A stretch of DNA of 64,000 nt from Thermoplasmatota archaeon (GCA_018814355.1 JAHIZT010000033.1:943-64942); one strand, 5' to 3'; positions 49,189 to 58,757 are shown, counted from the first letter of the stretch. Program-made: numbers and translations. Notes: generated by a model from the letters alone, not told the origin.

Positions 49189-49758
49189 TTAGAATCGCCT
49201 GCGGCCCTTGTTCATGTAGCTGGGTCTGTCCCCGCCGCTGCTATCCCGGTCTCCGCCTCTGTCGCCGTAGCCGCCGCGGCTTCCGCCTCTGCTGCCGCCA
49301 CCGCCGTATCCGCCACGGCTTCCGCCTCTGCTGCCGCCACCGCCGCCGAAGCTCCTGCGCTCCTGTTCGTACTCCTTGTCGCTCATGTTCAAGGCCGTGC
49401 TCGCACCGTCAAGTGGCTTCTCGCTCTTCGCGAGCTGGCCGTACTTGCCGACGTTCAGGCGCATGTGGCCCCTGACCAGTGAGACATATCCGTTCTTGAT
49501 CCCGAGCACGTCATCCTTGATGATGCTGCCGATCTGGTTGTCCCACAGTGACAGGATGATTGCTCCTGTCTCATCTGCGACTGTCGCCTCAGCGACCTTG
49601 CGCGAGTTCCCGAACTTGCCGGGGATGTCTTTCGCTTCGCTGACATCCAGGCACTTGGCCAGTACGTCAACCCTCTTCGACTGTGGCGTGAGGTCCTTTA
49701 TCTTCGTCTCTACGCTTGCTTGCTGCTCTTCCGAGCTTTGTCCAACGCTCTCTTCCAT
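49189..49758 (-). CDS. ssb: Single-OB-fold ssDNA-binding protein with RGG/Gly-rich tail
   Basis: KIKDL, VAEATVADETG.I.LSLWD, NGYV and LNVGKYG motifs. Confidence 0.85.
   Translation of the reverse strand: MEESVGQSSEEQQASVETKIKDLTPQSKRVDVLAKCLDVSEAKDIPGKFGNSRKVAEATVADETGAIILSLWDNQIGSIIKDDVLGIKNGYVSLVRGHMRLNVGKYGQLAKSEKPLDGASTALNMSDKEYEQERRSFGGGGGSRGGSRGGYGGGGSRGGSRGGYGDRGGDRDSSGGDRPSYMNKGRRRF
49277..49345. repeat. Exact 30-bp direct repeat (period 39) encoding the GGGGSRGGSR units
   Basis: 49277-49306 is identical to 49316-49345. Confidence 0.85.
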
Positions 49759-50001
49759 GTCTATTCTTCCTTTTGTGTTGCGCACAATTGCATCCGGCTA
49801 TCACGCGAGTCAAACTATCGGCTTCAAAACATCAGCGATGTTCGGCTTGTCGTATCACTCGGCACAACTAGTGCTGGGATAACCACTATCCTCGACACTA
49901 TTAATAATCTTGCCCGCAACATCCGCCAGCTCGCCGGCCCTCTGCTGATTGGTATCTATCCAGCGCCCATCATTCCGCCCAAATTGCCGGGCCTGGAGCT
50001 A

Positions 50002-50026
50002 GCAAAGGATATATATGCACCTTTGC
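50002..50026 (+). promoter_or_regulatory. TATA box enclosed by the inverted repeat GCAAAGG-N11-CCTTTGC
   Basis: ATATATAT at 50009-50016 lies between the two arms. Confidence 0.55.
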
Positions 50027-50046
50027 GTACGCCGTTACCTGTTTGA

Positions 50047-50169
50047 GGAGCACAGATCCGTTGAAATCCGCAAGGATTCTCCGCATGGAGGTCTGCTCCC
50101 CGCCGGGGCAGTGGGTTCATGGTGCTCGCGCTCGATATCCGGAAGGAACTGTGAGGGACCCGAGTTCCT
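50047..50169 (+). ncRNA. Structured 5' leader (three-way junction plus RBS-proximal hairpin), riboswitch candidate
   Basis: P1 GGAGC/AGATC with GGTCT/GCTCC; P2 closed by GCAA; P3 closed by GCAT; AGGAACT/AGTTCCT hairpin. Confidence 0.45.
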
Positions 50170-50177
50170 GAAGGGGG

Positions 50178-52178
50178 ATGCACATGGTTGACGCAGGTTT
50201 AGGCCAGCCTATTAATGCGAACTCGGCCACTCCTCCGCCACCGCCAACCGAATTCCACGCAAAGGAGGAACCTCTGCAGGGAGGGCTCGCGGGCGATATC
50301 ACTAAGCTGGGGATCAAGGACCTTCGAGTAGTGTCCTCTCATGGCGAAAGGCTGCTCTATTCTCGGGATCAATCGGAGATTCCGCGTTTTCTCAAGGAAA
50401 TCATGTTCGCCACGTCGCCCGAGGTCGTGGTCCAGCCAGAGACCCGCGAGGGCGTGGCATCGATCCTGAAGTTCGCCTCTTCGCGGGGTATCACGGTCAT
50501 ACCGCGCGGCTCGGGCTCATCCCCGTTCGGGGGCTCAGTGCCCGTTCGGGGAGGCATCGTCGTCGACGTATCCAGCATGGATGGGATACTCGGACTTGAT
50601 TCGGAAATGAAGATCGCCAAGGTCCAGGCGGGTGTGAGATGGGCTGACCTCGACAACGAGCTCGAGAAGATCGGCCTCAGCCTGAACACCACACCCTCCA
50701 GCAAGTTCTCAACTGTCGCTGGCTGGGTCGCCACTGGTGGCATGGGCCTGAACAGCTTCTCGAAAGGACATCTGAGCAGCAGCGTGTTGTCCGTCGAGCT
50801 CGTCACTCCGGACGGAAGCATCAGGAACATCGCGAGCAGCGACCCGTTTTTCAAGAGCATCTTCGGGAGCGAGGGCCAGCTGGGCGTGATCACCGCCGTC
50901 ACGCTGTCCGTCCGAATCAGGCCCATTATGTCGAAGCCGCACTTGTTGGTGTTCGATGACTCGAGGAGCGCGTTCGGTTTCGCGCGGACCCTCGCGGAGA
51001 GCTCGGCCCACCCGACCCACATCGTATACGAGAGTCCAGCGAAGTTCTCACTCACAAACCGTATGTTGGGCGAGAACCGCTTCAAGGTCGGCGACGCCAT
51101 CATCGTGAACATCGAGGGGGACGAGGCGGAGAGGGAGTTCCAGTCCCTGTTGAAGAGCACGGGCCTCAAGGATGAGAAGGAATACCTGGCGCGGTACATG
51201 TGGAACGAGCGCTACTTCCCGATGAAGATTCGAAAATTCGGACCTGGGCTCCTGGGCTCCGAGGTCGTTGTTCCGCTCGACAAGCTCCCTGACGCGATAT
51301 CCAAAGCCACTGAGGTGTGCTCCGAGCTCGGCCTCGAACCTCTCTTCGAGACACATTTTCTGAACGACGGCCGCGGGCTCCTGCTCTGCTACTATGTCAC
51401 GGACCAGGGCAATACCATCGGCTACACACTGGACGCCATGAAATCGATGATACTCACGGGCGCACTTGTCGACCTAGGAGCGAAGCCATATTCGATCGGT
51501 GTGTGGAACCACGCGTTCTCAAACGCTGAGGACAAGGCTCGGGTCGAGCAACTGCGGAAGGCCAAAGCGGCCTTGGATCCGGACGGCGTGATGAATGCAG
51601 GGAAGTACTTCTCATTATCCGGAAGGTTCGGCGGCGCAGCTGGCTTAGCGTTCAGCCCGAGGCTCATGAGGCCCGCCTTGAAGGCCCTGCTCGTATTCTC
51701 TCCATTGACCTCACGTCTCATGCGGACGGCTTACAGGTTCGCTGACAAACGTCTCGTGCCAAAGGCGCGGTCGGAGCTGCAGCGGATAGCGGATGAGTGC
51801 GCGATGTGCGGGGCTTGCGTTACCGTGTGCCCCGCGTATCTGGTCGTTGGAGACGAGCGAGTTACCGCGAGGGGAAAGCTCCTCACAGTAAAAGCCATGG
51901 CCCGGGGTGCCAAGGTCTCCAAGGAGCACTCGGACAGGATATTCCTGTGCATGAGATGCAAGGCGTGCGAGCAGGTATGCCAATCCAAGCTCGAGCTGAT
52001 CTCCGCATACGAAGCCCTGGAGAAGGAACTGGAAAAGCTGCACGGGAAGGATGCGAAGGAGATCGAGACATTCACGAGATACGCGGAGAGCACGCCCGAG
52101 TATGACGCGCTCGTCCAGCGTGGTCTCGTGCTCGGCGCTCCAAAGCACGGTATGGGAGGTGGACAGAGAGATGTTTGA
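50178..52178 (+). CDS. FAD-binding oxidoreductase (GlcD/LdhD-like) fused to a 4Fe-4S dicluster
   Basis: PRGSGS..GG, STVAGW, GSEGQLGVIT; CAMCGACVTVCP and CMRCKACEQVC. Confidence 0.88.
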   Translation: MHMVDAGLGQPINANSATPPPPPTEFHAKEEPLQGGLAGDITKLGIKDLRVVSSHGERLLYSRDQSEIPRFLKEIMFATSPEVVVQPETREGVASILKFASSRGITVIPRGSGSSPFGGSVPVRGGIVVDVSSMDGILGLDSEMKIAKVQAGVRWADLDNELEKIGLSLNTTPSSKFSTVAGWVATGGMGLNSFSKGHLSSSVLSVELVTPDGSIRNIASSDPFFKSIFGSEGQLGVITAVTLSVRIRPIMSKPHLLVFDDSRSAFGFARTLAESSAHPTHIVYESPAKFSLTNRMLGENRFKVGDAIIVNIEGDEAEREFQSLLKSTGLKDEKEYLARYMWNERYFPMKIRKFGPGLLGSEVVVPLDKLPDAISKATEVCSELGLEPLFETHFLNDGRGLLLCYYVTDQGNTIGYTLDAMKSMILTGALVDLGAKPYSIGVWNHAFSNAEDKARVEQLRKAKAALDPDGVMNAGKYFSLSGRFGGAAGLAFSPRLMRPALKALLVFSPLTSRLMRTAYRFADKRLVPKARSELQRIADECAMCGACVTVCPAYLVVGDERVTARGKLLTVKAMARGAKVSKEHSDRIFLCMRCKACEQVCQSKLELISAYEALEKELEKLHGKDAKEIETFTRYAESTPEYDALVQRGLVLGAPKHGMGGGQRDV

Positions 52179-53559
52179 GCGGTACCACATCCCCCTCAAG
52201 ACGGTTCAGAGCAGAGCGGCTCCGGTCCCGAAGTTCGTGATAGTCCGGGCGGACAACTGCATGAACTGCGGAAAGTGCGAGAAGGCCTGCATATACGGCG
52301 TGCACAAGAGGAGCGAACAGGACCCGCGGAAGATGGCGGACCCGATCAACCAGCTATGCAAGAACTGTTTCAGATGCATCCAGGACTGCCCGCAGAGGTC
52401 GCTAGTCATGATGCCAGGACCCGAATTCAGGTCGCTCGGCCGCGGCACTTGGACTCCTCTGAGGATAACGACGATCTGGGGCGAGGCTGAGACCGGCAAG
52501 ATCCCGGTGTTCGGTGCTGGATACCGCGGGATGTTCACGGGGCCTGGCTATGACGGCATGTGGACAGACATGTCCGAGATCGTGAGGCCTACGAGGGACG
52601 GCATCCATGGAAGAGAATTCATTTCCACCAGCGTAGACATCGGCAGGAAGCCCGCTTATCTCGATTTCGGAAAGGATGGGAGCGTCGAGACCAAGTTCCC
52701 ACCCATCATCGAGTTGCCCATTCCTGTCGTTATGGATGTCACAAGGCTACGGACATCCAGTGAAGGGATGCTCACCGGCTTCGCGCAAGCGGCAGGGCAC
52801 CTCGACACGCTGCTAATTGCGCCTCCAGGCTTGCTCCCATCCGGTGCTTCGGCTGAGCTCAACAGCCACTACGTCCCCGCCTATCCGGAAGGAACGGATG
52901 TCGACTCCATCGAGCTGCAGGATGGCGTTCGGATGGTCGAACTCCAGCTGGGACCTTCATGGAAGGATGATCTGAAGCAGTTCAGATATAGGTTCCCTGG
53001 GACAGTCCTCTCCTTCAGGCTCAACGCAGCCAAGGACTCCGAGAGCACGGTCCTCGACCTCGTCAAGTCGAAGGTGGAAGTTGTCCATGTCCTGTATGAC
53101 GAAGAGAGCGTTGAGCTGGACTCGTTGGACGGACGCCACGCGAAAGAGAGCTTGAGGGCGATCCACAAAGCGATGGTTTCCAAGGCGGTGCGGGACCAGA
53201 TCACCCTGATTGCAGGTGGCGGCATTGCGGCAGCGGAGCACGTGCCGAAGAGCATAATCTGCGGTGCGGACGTCGTGGCTCTCGAGAAGGCACTGGTCAT
53301 CGCACTCGAGTGCAGAGACTGCTTCACATGCTCTAAGGGTTCTTGCCCGATCAATCTCCATAACGCTCCTGCGGATTGGGTCGGGGGACGCGTGACCAAC
53401 ATCGTCGGGGCGTGGAGGGACCAGCTCCTCGAAGTCTTGGGAGCGATGGGACTCAGAGAGGTTCGCAGGCTGAGAGGCGAACTCGGCAGGGCGATATTCT
53501 ACGAGGATGTTGAGAGAGAGGCGTTCTCCGATGTCTTGGGAGGTTCGGGAGATGGCTGA
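52171..53559 (+). CDS. Ferredoxin plus degenerate FMN-binding glutamate synthase-like subunit
   Basis: Two CxxCxxCxxxC motifs; DMSEIVRPTRDGIHGRE; AGGG..GAD; CRDC..CP; no KxAQGAKPG loop. Confidence 0.8.
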   Translation: MFERYHIPLKTVQSRAAPVPKFVIVRADNCMNCGKCEKACIYGVHKRSEQDPRKMADPINQLCKNCFRCIQDCPQRSLVMMPGPEFRSLGRGTWTPLRITTIWGEAETGKIPVFGAGYRGMFTGPGYDGMWTDMSEIVRPTRDGIHGREFISTSVDIGRKPAYLDFGKDGSVETKFPPIIELPIPVVMDVTRLRTSSEGMLTGFAQAAGHLDTLLIAPPGLLPSGASAELNSHYVPAYPEGTDVDSIELQDGVRMVELQLGPSWKDDLKQFRYRFPGTVLSFRLNAAKDSESTVLDLVKSKVEVVHVLYDEESVELDSLDGRHAKESLRAIHKAMVSKAVRDQITLIAGGGIAAAEHVPKSIICGADVVALEKALVIALECRDCFTCSKGSCPINLHNAPADWVGGRVTNIVGAWRDQLLEVLGAMGLREVRRLRGELGRAIFYEDVEREAFSDVLGGSGDG

Positions 53560-55063
53560 AAAAGACAAGGCCTGTGACAAGGACCTTCCAGAGGCGGCCC
53601 TGGTCCCATCGGAGCAACTCAAGTTCATCAATAGATTCACGGTCACGAGAGCTGACGCGTGCATCTCGTGCGGCATGTGCGCCAGCCTGTGCCCTTACGG
53701 AGTGCACAAGCGCATCGAGGGACACGCGAGAATACTGCCTCCGGACGACAGGAGGTGCATCGGCCCATCCTGCGAAGTGAACTACTTCTTCTGCGTGGCC
53801 AACTGCCCCACGAATTCCCTATCAGTGGGGACCAGCGAGACCTTCATCAGTATGGGGGACCCGCGCTGGACTTCGGAGATGATCCTTGCCACCTGGGCTC
53901 AGTCCGAGACCGGCAGGCCCCTCCCGCTCGATCACCCGGGCAACATCGGGGCATCAGGAGGAGGATTCGACAGGCTCCACTTCAGATTGCCAGAGCCCAA
54001 GGCCAAGTTCGACCCCGACGAGATATGCACGGCCATAGACCTCAACAGGCGCGGTTCGGGCCCGATGATCAGGATCCCCATACCTATCTACGGCGGCGGC
54101 ATGTCCTTCGGCTCCGTGAGCTTGTACACGATGCTCGCTCGCGCAAAGGCAGCGAAGAAGTGGAAGACGTTCACATGCACCGGCGAGGGTGGTTACCCCG
54201 AGGCCCTGGTGCCATACAAGGACAATGTCATAACTCAGGTAGCGACTGGCTTGTTCGGCGTCCGCGAAGAGACCATCCAAAGAACGAAGATAGTCGAGTT
54301 CAAGTACGCTCAGGGTGCCAAGCCGGGCCTGGGAGGCCACCTCCTCCACGACAAGAACACACCCGAGGTCGCGAGGATGAGGGAGGCGGTGCCATATACC
54401 AGTCTCTTCTCACCGTTCCCGTTCCACAGCGTCTACTCGGTGGAGGACCACAAGAAGCACCTCGACTGGGCGAGCGCAATCAACCCAACAGCGCTCATGT
54501 CTGTGAAGGTGTCCACGCCGAACGATGTCGAGATGGTTTCGGTCGGGAGCTACTATGCGGGAGCGCACATCGTGCATCTTGATGGCGGTTATGGTGGTAC
54601 AGGAGCTGCTCCCGAGATCGCGAAGAAGAACATCGCGATGCCTATCGAGTACGCCATACCGAAGGTTCACAAGTTCCTATTGAACGAGGGCATCAGGGAT
54701 CAAGTCACTCTTCTAGCCAGTGGCGGACTCAGGACCGCGATGGATGTCGCCAAGACCATTGCTCTAGGAGCTGACGGCGCGGTAACAGGAACGGCCGACC
54801 TCGTCGCCCTCGGCTGTGTGAGGTGTGGGAACTGCGAGAGCGGACGCGGCTGTCCAAGAGGCATCGCTACCACGGACCCGATCCTAGACAAACTCATCGA
54901 TGCGGACTGGGGAGCCGAGAGGATCTCCAACCTGTACAATTCGTGGAGGCTCCAATGGTGCGACTTGCTCTCGAGGTTCGGCATGACCGACATCGCCGAG
55001 CTCCGGGGAAGAACCGACCTTCTGAGACATGCGGACAAGCCCGCAAAGGGAGGGGGCAAATGA
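53552..55063 (+). CDS. Ferredoxin plus FMN-binding glutamate synthase subunit (GltB2-type)
   Basis: MSFGS, TGEGG, QVATG, KYAQGAKPGLGGHL, VKV, DGGYGGTGAAP, SGGLRT and CxxCxxC..CPRGIAT motifs. Confidence 0.9.
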   Translation: MAEKDKACDKDLPEAALVPSEQLKFINRFTVTRADACISCGMCASLCPYGVHKRIEGHARILPPDDRRCIGPSCEVNYFFCVANCPTNSLSVGTSETFISMGDPRWTSEMILATWAQSETGRPLPLDHPGNIGASGGGFDRLHFRLPEPKAKFDPDEICTAIDLNRRGSGPMIRIPIPIYGGGMSFGSVSLYTMLARAKAAKKWKTFTCTGEGGYPEALVPYKDNVITQVATGLFGVREETIQRTKIVEFKYAQGAKPGLGGHLLHDKNTPEVARMREAVPYTSLFSPFPFHSVYSVEDHKKHLDWASAINPTALMSVKVSTPNDVEMVSVGSYYAGAHIVHLDGGYGGTGAAPEIAKKNIAMPIEYAIPKVHKFLLNEGIRDQVTLLASGGLRTAMDVAKTIALGADGAVTGTADLVALGCVRCGNCESGRGCPRGIATTDPILDKLIDADWGAERISNLYNSWRLQWCDLLSRFGMTDIAELRGRTDLLRHADKPAKGGGK

Positions 55064-57693
55064 GCGAGGATGCAAGATCGTTGCTCAGATCCAGGGAGTG
55101 GATGACCGCCTTCCGGCACGACGAGCCCGCCCGTGCTCAGGAGGCCGAAGGAGGCTGCGGAGTCGTGGGGATCGCGAGCTCGGTCCCTCTTGCGGGCAAG
55201 CACATACTCGGTCCGCTCATCCAGATGCACAACAGGGGGAACGGCAAGGGTGGGGGGATCGCAGCCGTGGGCCTCTCTCCCGATCAGATGAGCGTCTCGA
55301 AGCGGGTGCTGGAGGCGGACTACCTCATCCAGGTGGCCTATCTGAAACCGAAGGTTCGGGATATGCTCGAGGACGAGTTCATCAAGCCGAACTACAAGGT
55401 CGAGAAGAAGTACAAGGTCGAGCCGAGCACGGACAAGCGCGTCATCGCATCGTTGGAGATCACCCCGCCTGAGGTCTGGAGATATTTCTGCCGGGCCAAG
55501 AATGAGGCTCTGGACGAGTTCGTGAGGAAGAACAAGCTCGACAAGCTCGACCCGCGAAAGGCTGAAGATGAGTTCGTCTACCAGACCAGCTTCAAGATCA
55601 ACCGGAAGTACTACGCGACATCGGACATGTCCGCATTCGTCATGTCCCACGGCAGGAACATGATCGTCATGAAGGTCGTAGGCTACGCTGAGGACGTGAT
55701 CAGGTACTACAAGCTCGAGGACCTCAAGGCGTACGTCTGGATCGGCCATCAGAGGTACCCAACCAAGGGAAGGGTGTGGCACCCAGGTGGGGCGCACCCG
55801 TTCGTGGGTCTCGATGAGGCGCTCGTACACAACGGCGACTTCGCGAACTACCACTCAGTCTCCGAGTACCTCGCCCAGCGGAACGTGGTCCCGCTCTTTC
55901 TAACGGACACGGAAGTATCCGTGCTGCTCTTCGATGTGCTCAACAGAACCTACGGCTACCCGCTCGAGTACATTATCGAGGCGCTCGCGCCCACGACGGA
56001 GCGCGACTTCACGCTGCTCCCGGAGGAGAAACAGAAGATCTACAGAGCCATCCAGGCGACGCACATCCACGGCTCCCCGGACGGCCCATGGTTCTTCATC
56101 ATAGGCAGGAACTGCTTCTACGACAACAAGTTCCAGCTGATGGGCATAACGGACACGTCCATGCTCAGACCTCAGGTGTTCGCGCTCGTGGACGGCGATG
56201 TCCAGCTCGGGCTGATCGCCTCGGAGAAGCAAGCCGTAGATTCAGCTCTGAAGAGCATCTCGGCCGAACTTCCGTCGGTGCCGGGATACGCGGACATGTA
56301 TTGGAACGCGAGAGGCGGCAGCTACACGGACGGGGGCGCGTTCATATTCAGTCTGTTCCCTGAGAAGGGCGCCCCAGACGGGATGAGACTCATCTGCACG
56401 AACAAGTTCGGAACACCCGTCACGACACCTTCATCGGACTGGGACAAGAAAGAGGATATCTCGCTCTCAGAACCGTTGCCCAGCAGGCCAAAGACGAGCG
56501 CCATCGTCGAGGAGCTGTTCGAGAAGAAGAACCCGAGAGCCGGATTCAGGTTGCTGGTCGATAGCTTGGGGAGGCTCTCTGGGATGGAGCTGAACCAGAT
56601 CCTCTCCTACCTCGCGCAGCAGGCCTCGAAGAACGACGCCAGGATGGATGAGTGCGTCGAGCTTCTCACCCTGATGGTCGACAGCAGATATTCGGCAGGC
56701 AAGTTCAGACGGAGCAGGATCAACAAGAAAGCGAACGAGGTTATCGTGAATATACTGAGGACGGCCAAGAGGGTCGAGAAGGGCGAGCATTCACTGTTCT
56801 CCCTTGTGGACCTGAAGAACAAGGACAAGCTGAGACCGCCTGATTCTCCATACGACAAGCTCGTGATCGACTGCGAGGATTTCCCGATGGAGGGCGAGAA
56901 AGGTGTCTCGTTCTTGATCAAGGCGGCCAAGGAGCTCGGCTGGAACAGGGTCATCATCATCGGCACTCATGGCCAGAGGTTCATAGGCGCAGGCCTCGGC
57001 TCGAGGTCGAGAGGTCTCAGGATAGATGTCTACGGGAGCCCAGGCGACTACCTTGGCTCGGGTCTTGACGGGGCAGAGGCGGTCGTGCACGCGAATGGCC
57101 AAGACCAGCTGGGGCAGATACTCAGCGATGGTAAACTCGTCGTGTACGGCGATGTCGGGCAGACGTTCCTGTACGGCGCGAAGGGTGGCGACGCCTATGT
57201 GCTCGGTAACGCTGCTGGCAGGCCTCTGATAAACGCTGTCGGAAGACCCAAAGTCGTAATCAACGGCACGTGTTTGGACTACCTCGCGGAATCGTTCATG
57301 GCGGGGAATCCGCTGTTCGGCGGCGGATTCGTAGTGCTCAACGGAATGTCCTTTGACGGGAAGGGCTGCCCGGTCAACCTGCCAGCGCCATATCCTGGAG
57401 GCAACCTGTTCTCGCTGGCTTCTGGAGGCGCGATCTACATCCGCGATCCTCATAAGCAGGTCGGTGAGGAACAGCTGAACGGAGGCAGGATATCGCGCGT
57501 GACTGAAGCGGACTGGAAACTCATCCTGCCGCACCTAAAGGAGAACGAACGCTTGTTCGGCATCCCTGTCGAGGACTTCCTCCTCAAGGTCGATGGTGTG
57601 TCGAAGCCCCCTGAAGAGGTCTACCGGAAGATCGAAGCTGTCCCGTTGGTCACCCTATCGGGCACAACCCAAATGCAGGACACGGGTTCGTGA
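55060..57693 (+). CDS. Glutamate synthase amidotransferase domain (GltB1) fused to GXGXG domain (GltB3)
   Basis: EGGCGVVG (Ntn Cys behind a propeptide), RGNGKGGG, HQRYPT, HPF, HNGD; GQRFIGAG, GDYLGSG, YGAKGG. Confidence 0.9.
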   Translation: MSEDARSLLRSREWMTAFRHDEPARAQEAEGGCGVVGIASSVPLAGKHILGPLIQMHNRGNGKGGGIAAVGLSPDQMSVSKRVLEADYLIQVAYLKPKVRDMLEDEFIKPNYKVEKKYKVEPSTDKRVIASLEITPPEVWRYFCRAKNEALDEFVRKNKLDKLDPRKAEDEFVYQTSFKINRKYYATSDMSAFVMSHGRNMIVMKVVGYAEDVIRYYKLEDLKAYVWIGHQRYPTKGRVWHPGGAHPFVGLDEALVHNGDFANYHSVSEYLAQRNVVPLFLTDTEVSVLLFDVLNRTYGYPLEYIIEALAPTTERDFTLLPEEKQKIYRAIQATHIHGSPDGPWFFIIGRNCFYDNKFQLMGITDTSMLRPQVFALVDGDVQLGLIASEKQAVDSALKSISAELPSVPGYADMYWNARGGSYTDGGAFIFSLFPEKGAPDGMRLICTNKFGTPVTTPSSDWDKKEDISLSEPLPSRPKTSAIVEELFEKKNPRAGFRLLVDSLGRLSGMELNQILSYLAQQASKNDARMDECVELLTLMVDSRYSAGKFRRSRINKKANEVIVNILRTAKRVEKGEHSLFSLVDLKNKDKLRPPDSPYDKLVIDCEDFPMEGEKGVSFLIKAAKELGWNRVIIIGTHGQRFIGAGLGSRSRGLRIDVYGSPGDYLGSGLDGAEAVVHANGQDQLGQILSDGKLVVYGDVGQTFLYGAKGGDAYVLGNAAGRPLINAVGRPKVVINGTCLDYLAESFMAGNPLFGGGFVVLNGMSFDGKGCPVNLPAPYPGGNLFSLASGGAIYIRDPHKQVGEEQLNGGRISRVTEADWKLILPHLKENERLFGIPVEDFLLKVDGVSKPPEEVYRKIEAVPLVTLSGTTQMQDTGS

Positions 57694-57929
57694 GAAGGGC
57701 GTTCGGAAGACGAAGAATCGACTCGCTTTCAATCATCGACCGAGTTCTTCTGAAAACCTTCTAGGAATGACACTTCTTCGTACCCATCTATCGGAAAAAA
57801 CCGCCCCAGATAACCGTGCTCCCGCCAAGCTTAAATATAAACGTTGGAATGCAGCGCCGACAGGCGTCACCGCCTCGTCCCAAGCCAATCGGCCGTTCTT
57901 TCTGGACCGACGGCGGGGAGTGTTTGAAC

Positions 57930-58757
57930 ATGTACGAGATAGTGAAGTCGGAGAAGCTCACACCGGATGTCATTAAACTGGAGATCCGAGCCCCGAACAT
58001 CGCAAGGAAGGCCAAGGCCGGACAGTTCATTATGGTGACACCGACTGAGCACGGCGAGAGGATCCCCCTCACGATGGCGGATTTCTCTCCCGAGAATGGA
58101 ACGGTCACAATCGCGGCCCTGGAGGTCGGGAAGACCACTAAGGAGCTCGGCAAGATGAAGGCCGGGGACAAGGTCTTCAGCCTCGTCGGCCCGCTTGGCC
58201 TGCCGACGCATCTGAATCAGTACGGCAACGTCGTCAGCATCGGCGGCGGCATCGGCCTGGCTCTCATGTACCCAGTCGTGCGCGCCTTCAAGCAGTCTGG
58301 AAACCACACGATCAACATCATCGGCGCTCGGAACGAGAAGTTGCTGATGTACGAGAAGGAGATCAACACCGTTAGCGACGAGTTCTTCGTGTGCACGGAT
58401 GACGGGTCCAAGGGACACCACGGGTTCGTCAGCGACATCCTGAAGAAGTTGATCGCTGAGAACAAGAAGATCGATTTGGTCTATGCTGTCGGTCCGATCA
58501 TTATGATGAAGGTCATCGCGAACATCACGAAGCCGTTCAACATCCCAACCGTCGTCAGCCTCAACCCGATCATGGTCGACGGCACAGGCATGTGCGGGTC
58601 TTGCAGAGTGATAATCGGAGGCGAGACAAAGTTCGGCTGTGTGGACGGACCTGAGTTCGACGGCCACAAGGTCGACTTCGATAACCTCACGGCAAGGAAC
58701 AAGCGGTACATTCCGGAGGAGCAGATCTCCCTGAAGAGATTCCAGGAGGCGAAGTAG
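57930..58757 (+). CDS. NfnA/SudB-like FAD/NAD-binding 2Fe-2S subunit
   Basis: ERIPLT, GPLG, GGGIG, DGTGMCGSC and CVDGPEF motifs; own TATA TTAAATATAA at 57831-57840. Confidence 0.9.
   Translation: MYEIVKSEKLTPDVIKLEIRAPNIARKAKAGQFIMVTPTEHGERIPLTMADFSPENGTVTIAALEVGKTTKELGKMKAGDKVFSLVGPLGLPTHLNQYGNVVSIGGGIGLALMYPVVRAFKQSGNHTINIIGARNEKLLMYEKEINTVSDEFFVCTDDGSKGHHGFVSDILKKLIAENKKIDLVYAVGPIIMMKVIANITKPFNIPTVVSLNPIMVDGTGMCGSCRVIIGGETKFGCVDGPEFDGHKVDFDNLTARNKRYIPEEQISLKRFQEAK

Noticed and set aside
57845-57925. Structured leader before nfnA
   Set aside because: The stems are short or bulged and expected by chance at this GC content.
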